Below, one piece after another: positions 56,879 to 64,000 of a stretch of 64,000 bases of DNA. This DNA comes from an uncultured Planctomycetota bacterium (GTDB lineage: Bacteria; Planctomycetota; Phycisphaerae; Tepidisphaerales; Tepidisphaeraceae): positions 1,216,001 to 1,280,000 of the forward strand of contig CAWJEN010000005.1 in assembly GCA_963841915.1 (NCBI GenBank), given 5' to 3'. How positions within the stretch are numbered: the first letter of the stretch is position 1; the number at the start of each line of letters is the position of its first letter. The notes beneath the pieces are model-generated. The model was not told the origin of the DNA. It ran no database searches and saw only the letters and a list, made by a program, of their open reading frames with translations. A program made the translations under genes and the position numbers.

Positions 56879-57917
56879 GGCCCGAACGTAGTCGACCGGC
56901 AGCGGCGCGGGCGGCTTCGATCCATAGCGATAAGCCACGACGCCGGTGGCCTGGCAGGCGCATCAGGTAACGGGCGATGCACAGCGCGGCGGCAGGGTCG
57001 TGCTTCAACCATGCCGTCGCCCGACGCAGCAGTGCCTTGCCCGTTAGGTCATCGGCATGTTGGCGAGCCGCTTGATCGGCATCGCCAAGCGTTGCTCGCC
57101 GCCACTGCTGCATGAGGCGAAGCGCCGGTCGCGTGTTCAGTGGTGCCAGGTCGTCCCAGCTGTACAGCTTCCGCATCGTCGCAATCGCGGCGGCGTCGGC
57201 CTTGTGTCCGAGGAGTGTCTCGATGTACCGCTTGGCGACGGGAACCGCTTGCGCCTGTTGATGGCTCGCGTATTTGGCCGTGATAGATCCACGCCTGCGT
57301 CTGTAGCGGACGAGTTGCTCCGGCACCACGCCCAGCAGGTGCCCGCCGGCGACCATGCGGGTCCACAGGTCGTAATCCTCCATCGCCAGTGTGGTCGTGT
57401 CGTAGCCACCGACCGCCTCCAATGCGGTCCGCCGGAGGGTCATCGTCGGGTGGTAAAGCTGCAGGCCGTGACCCATCGACCATGTCACGTGCGATGCGTC
57501 GGGGTAGGGCTTTGCCTTGATGCCGATGGGCTGACCTTCGTCATCGATTTCGGTCGTCCACGTCGCGCACCCGGCCAGCGAAGCGTCACGATCGAGCAGG
57601 ACGACTTGCTGTTCCAGTCGCGTGGGCTCGCAGATGTCGTCGCCGTCGATGCGGGCGATGTACTCGCCGCGGCACATTTTGAGGCCGCGGCTGAGGGAAC
57701 CGACGTGGCCAAGATTGCTGTCGTTACGCACGTAGCGAACACGCTCATCGCCAGTCGCTTGTAGCAGGGCAGCCGTCCCGTCCGTCGACGCGTCGTCGAC
57801 TGCAACGAGTTCGAAGTCGCCAAACGTCTGGCTGAAGATGCCGGCCAGCGTTTCTTCGAGATACCGGCCGTCGTTGTAGACAGCCAGGAGAAAGCTCACT
57901 CGCGGCGTCGAGCTCAT
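56871..57917 (-). CDS. Glycosyltransferase family 2
   Basis: VYN, VDDASTDGT, IARIDGDD, EDYDLW. Confidence 0.92.
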   Translation of the reverse strand: MSSTPRVSFLLAVYNDGRYLEETLAGIFSQTFGDFELVAVDDASTDGTAALLQATGDERVRYVRNDSNLGHVGSLSRGLKMCRGEYIARIDGDDICEPTRLEQQVVLLDRDASLAGCATWTTEIDDEGQPIGIKAKPYPDASHVTWSMGHGLQLYHPTMTLRRTALEAVGGYDTTTLAMEDYDLWTRMVAGGHLLGVVPEQLVRYRRRRGSITAKYASHQQAQAVPVAKRYIETLLGHKADAAAIATMRKLYSWDDLAPLNTRPALRLMQQWRRATLGDADQAARQHADDLTGKALLRRATAWLKHDPAAALCIARYLMRLPGHRRRGLSLWIEAARAAAGRLRSGHD

Positions 57918-59167
57918 GTTGCGACTCCGTCAAAGAAGTCGCCGTACGCCGCGTCCGCTAACGCAACCTGTCTTTCCGCGGCTGCACGGAGCGGCACTTG
58001 TAACGTGTCTGCCGCGTCCCAAAGGTGCGTCGCCTCTTCGACGATGCGTTGGCGAAGGTCGTTCGCGTCGAGCGGCAATGTGGTCATGCCGACCCCGAAC
58101 TGCCTCGCGACGCCGCCAAGTTTCGCCGCGTAGTAGTCGCTCTTGTATAGCCCGATCACTGGCACGCCCATCGACAGGGCAAAGACAGCATTGTGGTACG
58201 CACCTGTGACGACGACACGGCACGACGCCAATCGCTCGAACGCATCGGCGGGTGTGCGAACCTGCCGGGCGGCGGCGATAGCGGCTTCGTCGTCGATGAG
58301 CCGGGCTGCGGAGGCAACATCGTTGTCCGGTGAGTCGCTTGTCCGAATGATCGTCGGAAGCGGCGTGGCTTTACGGTGCTGGCAGATGTCTGCAATGGCG
58401 GCGCGTGTCGCCTCAACCGCCGCGGCAGGTACGTCGGCGTCACCGGCGAGCCGAAGGTTGACGCCCAGGTGCGTCCGACCGGCTAACGGCTTCGTCTGGT
58501 GCGCAAGGTAGATGGCGTCGTCGCCGGTGACGCGGCTGTGGGCCACGCCGAGCCGTGTGGCCTCGCCCGTGCTGAGTTCGCCTTCACGCAGGGTCAGCGT
58601 GTCGAGCCGCTTGAGAACGGGGCCGCAGTGCTGCTTGATGTCTTCGCGGCTGACAGGTCCGAGGCCGATCCCGAACATGGCAGTCGGCTTGCCGAGTCCT
58701 TGAGCAAGATTGAGCGTCGCACACACCTTCCACGCGTGCTCGTGGTAATAGTCGTTGACGTATCCGCCCCCGGCGGCGAGCACGACGTCGGCACGCTCCA
58801 CTTCGTCATAAAGCGCCCCGGCCCGCGCACGTTCGTCGGGCGTCGCCCAGTGGTCGAGCGACTTTCCAAGCTTTGCAAGCTTCGGAAAATGCCCGGCCAG
58901 CATGTGCTCCTTCCACCGAACCCGGCGGACGAGCTGCTTCCATTCGAGCCACTTCGGCACAGGCACCACCCGCAGCCGAAACCAGGGCCCGGCCAATACC
59001 GGCTCGACCTTGGGAAGCACGTGCAGCAGCCGCTCCGGTTGCGTCGTCACCACCGCAACCTCTGCCTGCGGGAAGCGGCCGCGGATGCGCTCGACTGTCG
59101 TCTGCAGCATCGCGAGGTCGCCGACGTTGTCGCACTCGTACGTGCCACTTTCCAGAAGAAACCGCAT
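57914..59167 (-). CDS. Polysaccharide pyruvyl transferase family protein
   Basis: NVGDLAML, AGGG, GIGLGP, LRE, GDDA, TGAYHNAVFALSMGVP. Confidence 0.85.
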   Translation of the reverse strand: MRFLLESGTYECDNVGDLAMLQTTVERIRGRFPQAEVAVVTTQPERLLHVLPKVEPVLAGPWFRLRVVPVPKWLEWKQLVRRVRWKEHMLAGHFPKLAKLGKSLDHWATPDERARAGALYDEVERADVVLAAGGGYVNDYYHEHAWKVCATLNLAQGLGKPTAMFGIGLGPVSREDIKQHCGPVLKRLDTLTLREGELSTGEATRLGVAHSRVTGDDAIYLAHQTKPLAGRTHLGVNLRLAGDADVPAAAVEATRAAIADICQHRKATPLPTIIRTSDSPDNDVASAARLIDDEAAIAAARQVRTPADAFERLASCRVVVTGAYHNAVFALSMGVPVIGLYKSDYYAAKLGGVARQFGVGMTTLPLDANDLRQRIVEEATHLWDAADTLQVPLRAAAERQVALADAAYGDFFDGVAT

Positions 59168-60738
59168 TACGGCGTCTCCAACGGCAAGCGGTAGATGCGA
59201 ATCGTTGGGCTCATGTGCGGCGGCGTCGGGCCTGGCGGCGCGAACTCGACGAGTGGCTTGTGCTTCAGCAGCTCGCCGTACCGCTGGCGGACGCGGTCGA
59301 ACGTCTCGCCGAAATCATCAGTGACGTCGACGCCCGGCATGAAGAACTGCTCGTAGCTGCGGTCTGCAACGGCAAGGTGCGTGTAACCCTCTGCCGTCAA
59401 CGTGTCTGTTGTTGTCTCGTTCAGGATGAGCGGGATGCGGGTCGACGGCACCGGCACATCCCAATGCCACAAGCCGGTCCAGGCGTCGTGGGCCAACTTG
59501 GCGTCGGACGGCAGATTCGCCTGCAACCATTCGCGGGCCTCCAGTCGTGTGTCACGCTGAAACACCTTGAGGTATCCCAGCGATCGCAACGCCTGCGGCA
59601 CGAGCCACAGGCCGCAGATGAGCAACAGGCCAACGACAGAGATAATCTGCAAACCGCGGCTGCGGGCGGTACGGGCGAACGTGGCCGTGGCGAGCGAGCC
59701 GATACCCATGCCGCCGAACATCACGAGCAGCACAACCGACGGCAGGATGTAGCGTGGCGAGACGACGCGCGAGAGCGAGACGAGCGCGAACAGGCCCACA
59801 GCCAAAGCCGGCACGAGCCACCAGCCGCGCCACCGGCGATCGGGCTTCGTAGGAATCGTGAACGCTTCGTAGATGACGAGCACGAACAGGACGCCGCCGA
59901 GCGAGTAGAGCTCGGCTCCGTAGACGCTCAGCCGTGGCAGAATGAGGCCGGCGTGGCCGGTGGCGACGTGGTCGGCCTCGCGCTTCCAGCCCTCGATCAT
60001 GTTGCCGAATTGCCACAGCGCCGGCAGGTTGATCAGGACGAACGTCACCGCGGCGGCGGCGAGTGTGAGCAGCGTCGGCACAAGCCGCTTGCCGTCACGC
60101 CCGACACTTGCGATGAGCACAAGGCCGGCGATGGTGAGCACGCCACCGATCCACTTGCCACAGAGCATCAGACCACACGCAACGCCGAAGGCAATGAGGC
60201 GGCCGCGGGTCTTGCTGTTGAGGAACCACGCTGCCGTCGCCAACCAGACGCTGATCGTGAAGACGAAGGCGGTGTCCTCTTTGACGTAATGGGCGTTGGC
60301 GAGCAGCGACGGGCTGAGCGTGAGTCCGCCGGCGACGGCTAAACCTCCGACGACGCCACGAATGGAGCATGCCAGACCCGTCAAAGTGGCGACGGCTAAT
60401 GCGGCGAAGATCGCACTGGCCCAGCGGCCACTCTCGGCGATCCGCTGATAGTGCGGCAGGTACGGATCATCTGCAGCTACGCGGCCGTCGAGCTCGCCGG
60501 TTCGCAAGAAGACGATTGCCTGTGCAGCCCGCAGCGTGAGTTGCGGATGATTGAAGTTGTAGTGTCCCGTCGCGATCTGCTCGGCCTTACTCGGCTCGTC
60601 AGGATGAAACAGGAATGGAAACTGGTTGGCCCGTGTGAACAGGAACAGCGACGCGCAGAACGTCATCGCGCACAGCACCATCATGGCCGTCGTCCGTCGG
60701 CCGGGGCGGTCGAAGAACGGTTCGGCTTGAAACGTCAT
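59167..60738 (-). CDS. GT39/PMT-like integral membrane glycosyltransferase
   Basis: HPDE after the first TM, NFNHPQL, AHYVKED, multiple TM helices, RYILP. Confidence 0.7.
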   Translation of the reverse strand: MTFQAEPFFDRPGRRTTAMMVLCAMTFCASLFLFTRANQFPFLFHPDEPSKAEQIATGHYNFNHPQLTLRAAQAIVFLRTGELDGRVAADDPYLPHYQRIAESGRWASAIFAALAVATLTGLACSIRGVVGGLAVAGGLTLSPSLLANAHYVKEDTAFVFTISVWLATAAWFLNSKTRGRLIAFGVACGLMLCGKWIGGVLTIAGLVLIASVGRDGKRLVPTLLTLAAAAVTFVLINLPALWQFGNMIEGWKREADHVATGHAGLILPRLSVYGAELYSLGGVLFVLVIYEAFTIPTKPDRRWRGWWLVPALAVGLFALVSLSRVVSPRYILPSVVLLVMFGGMGIGSLATATFARTARSRGLQIISVVGLLLICGLWLVPQALRSLGYLKVFQRDTRLEAREWLQANLPSDAKLAHDAWTGLWHWDVPVPSTRIPLILNETTTDTLTAEGYTHLAVADRSYEQFFMPGVDVTDDFGETFDRVRQRYGELLKHKPLVEFAPPGPTPPHMSPTIRIYRLPLETP

Positions 60739-61967
60739 GCGGCGGAGCTCGTCGCGGCGGAGGTCTCGTGCGACCAGACGTGGTCGATGAGCGTCGCCGC
60801 CGCCCGTTGATCGAGTGCGGCACCGGCATGGTGAAAGACGCTGGCCGTGACGTGCATTTCGGCCGCACGCGTGATGTGGTCGGCCGTTTCACCGTCCACC
60901 TGCAGGGCGGCGGCGATGCGATAGCGACCAGTCGTCAGGGGCAAACGCTGCATCACGCAACGAAGCGTGCCGAGTTTGCCAAGCGGCAGAAGGTCCGGCC
61001 GTGTCAAATGCGTGTGAATAGCTGCGATGGGCGTCTCTTGATCGTTGTAGATTGTCGTCGAGATGCTCACCGGCACGCCAGGTTTCTTGGCTTCGTAGTC
61101 GAACTCAAGCGTGACGTCCTCGCCGCCCATGACCTCGGTGGTGAGGTTGCCGGCCTGGTCGAGCACGCGGATGTCTCGCATGCGGGCGAGCCCGCTGCCT
61201 GGCCGCGAGTCCGGGTCGTCGCTGGTGCTGGCCCCTTGTTCGAGCGAGCGGGCGAGGTAGTTGCGGACGACCTCGTCGGCCGGTCCATCCATGATGAGGT
61301 TGCCGCTTTCCATGAGCAGGGCCCGCGGGCAAAGCGACTGAATCGAGCCCATGTTGTGGCTGACGAGCAGAACGGTGATGCCGCTCTTGGCAACTTCGTC
61401 CATCTTGGCCAGGCAGCGACGCTGGAAGTCGGCGTCACCGACGGCGAGCACTTCGTCAACGATGAGGACCTCAGGCCGCAGGTGGACGGCAACGCTGAAG
61501 GCCAAACGCACGTACATGCCGCTGGAGTACCGCTTAACCGGCGTGTCGAGGTACCGCTCGACGCCTGCGAAATCGACGATGGCATCGAACTGCCGCTTGA
61601 TCTCGCGACGGCTCATGCCGAGCACGGCACCATTGAGGAAGACGTTTTCGCGGCCGGTGAGTTCGGGGTGAAAGCCGGTGCCGACTTCGAGCAGCGAGCC
61701 GACGCGGCCCCAGAGGGCGACTTGGCCGGTGGTCGGTTCGGTGATGTGGCTGAGGACTTTGAGCAGAGTGCTCTTGCCCGCGCCGTTTCGGCCGACAAGG
61801 CCGACGACTTCACCCTTGCCGATCTCGAAAGAGACGTCGCGTAGTGCCCAGACGGTTTCGCGTGTGACTTTGGCCAGGCGTTTGCCGGCGACGGCTTCCT
61901 TGTGGAAGATCTTGTACGACTTGCCGAGCCCGCGGGCGACGATGGCGGGGTTGAGGTCAGATGACAT
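60735..61967 (-). CDS. wzt: Polysaccharide ABC transporter ATP-binding protein with Wzt C-terminal domain
   Basis: GRNGAGKST, LLEVGTGFHPELTGREN, YSSGMYVRLAF, DEVLAVGD, plus a C-terminal extension. Confidence 0.93.
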   Translation of the reverse strand: MSSDLNPAIVARGLGKSYKIFHKEAVAGKRLAKVTRETVWALRDVSFEIGKGEVVGLVGRNGAGKSTLLKVLSHITEPTTGQVALWGRVGSLLEVGTGFHPELTGRENVFLNGAVLGMSRREIKRQFDAIVDFAGVERYLDTPVKRYSSGMYVRLAFSVAVHLRPEVLIVDEVLAVGDADFQRRCLAKMDEVAKSGITVLLVSHNMGSIQSLCPRALLMESGNLIMDGPADEVVRNYLARSLEQGASTSDDPDSRPGSGLARMRDIRVLDQAGNLTTEVMGGEDVTLEFDYEAKKPGVPVSISTTIYNDQETPIAAIHTHLTRPDLLPLGKLGTLRCVMQRLPLTTGRYRIAAALQVDGETADHITRAAEMHVTASVFHHAGAALDQRAAATLIDHVWSHETSAATSSAA

Positions 61968-62853
61968 CGGCAAAGCTCCGTTCCATACGGCGGAAGGCCA
62001 GGCCGCCGACCAGCAGCGACACAAGTGTGAAGCCGGCGGCGTAGGCGAGCCAAGCCCACGGCACCGAGCCGTAGTCGAGCGGGCCACCGTCCAGCGTCGC
62101 CACACGGAAGGTCTCGATCAGCGGGACCGCCGGGTTCAGATAAAGGATCCACCGCATGTCAGCGGGTACTTCCTGGATCGGCCACATGATCGCGCTGCCC
62201 CACATGGCAAACTGCACGAAGACAGGCGCAAGGTGCAACGCGTCGCGGTAGATAACGCCCGCCGCGGCAATGATGAGCCCGACGCCGAGGGCAAGTAGCC
62301 AGGACAGGACAATGGCGACCGGCACAAGCAGCACCTCAGGCCCCGGCACGTACCACTGCGACAGGATTAGCACCACCAGTACCAAGCCAGCGACGGCGAA
62401 GTCGATCAAGACCGTCAGCAGCGTCGCGATCGGCAGGACAAGTCTCGGGAAGTAGACCTTCCCGACAAGAGCGCGATTGGTGACGAGAGACGATCCGCTC
62501 CGCAGCAGCACGTTGGCAGTGCTCTGCCAAAGGGTCAAACCGGCAAAGGTCCACAAGAAGTAGGGCACCTCGCCCGGTGCCTTCAGGTTGGCCACCTTGG
62601 CGAAGATGAACGAGAAGATGCCCGCCCCGATCAGCGGCTGCAGGACGACCCAGACAACGCCCAGGACCGTCTGCTTGTATCGTGCCCGCACGTCACGACC
62701 TGCCAGTGCCAGCAGGAGTTCGCCGCGCCCTTTAAGCTCGCCCAGGCCCAGGTTGGCCCAGCCGGTGTTGGCTTGGAGCAGCTGTGTCGGTGGCGTCTGA
62801 TAACGGGACAGGTCGACGACGCTCTCCTCGGATGACATAGCGGCGGTCGTCAT
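61957..62853 (-). CDS. wzm: Polysaccharide ABC transporter permease
   Basis: RDVRARYKQTVLG..W..LQPL, KVYFPR, YRD, LNP. Confidence 0.92.
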   Translation of the reverse strand: MTTAAMSSEESVVDLSRYQTPPTQLLQANTGWANLGLGELKGRGELLLALAGRDVRARYKQTVLGVVWVVLQPLIGAGIFSFIFAKVANLKAPGEVPYFLWTFAGLTLWQSTANVLLRSGSSLVTNRALVGKVYFPRLVLPIATLLTVLIDFAVAGLVLVVLILSQWYVPGPEVLLVPVAIVLSWLLALGVGLIIAAAGVIYRDALHLAPVFVQFAMWGSAIMWPIQEVPADMRWILYLNPAVPLIETFRVATLDGGPLDYGSVPWAWLAYAAGFTLVSLLVGGLAFRRMERSFADVI

Positions 62854-62977
62854 GGCTGTTCAAACAATACGGTGGTGCAGGCGGCGGCGACTGGATCGAC
62901 AGGCGCTCCCTGCCGATGCATCGGACAGAAGCGATGGCCACCTTGCGACTCGAATCACTTCCGTCAGGCCAAGGCCG

Positions 62978-64000
62978 ATGATGTACCGCCTGCAACCGTT
63001 CCTCTGGCTCCTGCGCGGCGGTTTCTGGCGGAAGCGCGGCTTAAGTCGTCTGCGGGCCAAGCGGCTCAGGACGCGACTCCGCCAACGCCCGGACCTTTCG
63101 GCCAAGCTGGCGGTCGTCATCGCGATGCTGGAGCACATGGGGGACGTCGTCTCCGTCGAGCCGATCATTCGCGAGGTCAGGCGACGGCACCCGGAGTCGC
63201 ATCTGGTCTTCGCCGTCAAGCCGGTGTGGCGTGACCTTGTCGCGGCGCACCCTGACGTCGATGAAGTGCTGGACGTTGCGTGTCTGGGTGACTGGATCTT
63301 TCTCGCGGCAGACCAAATCTTCGACCAAGTCTACGACCTGCAAACCCGCGGCCGATGGTGCAGCACGACCGAATTGTTCCACGAGCGGCCCGATGTCGCG
63401 GCAGACGTCGACATCCACAACTACTACCACCGCGGCACGCTCCTCGATGCAGCTTTGGCCAGTGGTGGTCTTGACGGCATCGCAGTCGATCTGCAGCCGA
63501 TCTTGCATCTGTCAGCAGCCGCGCACGAGCGGGCCGAGGCTGTTTCACCTGGCAAGCCCTTCGTCGTCATCCACACGCAGTCGAATCAGGCGTCTCGAAA
63601 CTGGAACGTCCACGGCTGGCGACAGCTTGTGCTGCACCTTCGCGAGCAACACGGGCTCGAGGTCGTGCTGATCGGCATGCCTGACGAGTCGACGACTCCG
63701 ACGGGCGTGCTCGACCTGCGCGGCAAGCTCAAAGTCGACGAGACGGCGGCCGTCATCGCAGCGGCAACATTATTTGTCGGCATCGACTCAGGCCCCGCAC
63801 ACATCGCCAACGCCGTCAGTACGCCCGGCGTCGTCATCCTCGGCGTCTACGGCAAGTACGATCGCTACATGCCGTTCACCGGCGGATATGGGAGCGGATC
63901 GACAGGAACGGTCCTGCACCACACGGCGTCGGCGGCCGAAACGCCTGCCGATGTCGTGCTGGCGGCGGTCGACGACCGGATTGCGTCGTCGCCACGCGGC
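62978..64000 (+). CDS. Glycosyltransferase family 9 (heptosyltransferase-like), runs off window; absent from ORF track
   Basis: Own translation from ATG 62978: ...MLEHMGDVV...HP.VDEV...RNW...DLRGKL...FVGIDSGPAHIANA; no stop before 64000. Confidence 0.88.
   Translation, partial: MMYRLQPFLWLLRGGFWRKRGLSRLRAKRLRTRLRQRPDLSAKLAVVIAMLEHMGDVVSVEPIIREVRRRHPESHLVFAVKPVWRDLVAAHPDVDEVLDVACLGDWIFLAADQIFDQVYDLQTRGRWCSTTELFHERPDVAADVDIHNYYHRGTLLDAALASGGLDGIAVDLQPILHLSAAAHERAEAVSPGKPFVVIHTQSNQASRNWNVHGWRQLVLHLREQHGLEVVLIGMPDESTTPTGVLDLRGKLKVDETAAVIAAATLFVGIDSGPAHIANAVSTPGVVILGVYGKYDRYMPFTGGYGSGSTGTVLHHTASAAETPADVVLAAVDDRIASSPRG

Noticed and set aside
63541..63556. Additional parS-like site TGTTTCACCTGGCAAG
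   Set aside because: Too many mismatches, palindrome broken, and it lies within coding sequence.

Overview
High-GC bacterial chromosomal segment, most consistent with a planctomycete (Phycisphaerae-like). This assignment is an inference from the prepilin-type proteins, a dockerin/PEP-CTERM protein, a DUF1570-like protein and a short PheT. The window holds about 60 genes: glycan genes at both ends (GT4, GH113-like, epimerases; wzm/wzt, GT39-like, pyruvyl transferase, GT2, GT9), xylB, an ABC-F ATPase, a sulfatase, pilin-like genes, a DEAD-box helicase, iscA-sufB-sufC-sufD interrupted by a hicAB module, ltaE, a catalytically degenerate membrane-anchored GspE-like protein, ald, flagellin, pheT, an RNase HII-like gene, a histone H1-like gene and a rhamnose (DeoR-rhaB-rhaEW)/lactate (lutABC) divergon. 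No rRNA, tRNA, CRISPR array or transposase was recognised. The most striking non-coding signal is a ~300-bp element present in two diverged copies (5104-5395 and 47176-47477). Each copy lies between convergent genes, is bounded by imperfect inverted ends, and carries two parS palindromes exactly 73 bp apart, the first at the same offset (161 bp). Other signals include CsrA-type ANGGAN hairpins in the flagellin and pilin leaders, a 125-nt candidate structured RNA, widespread apparently leaderless promoters, and five genes with single frameshifts that may be assembly errors.
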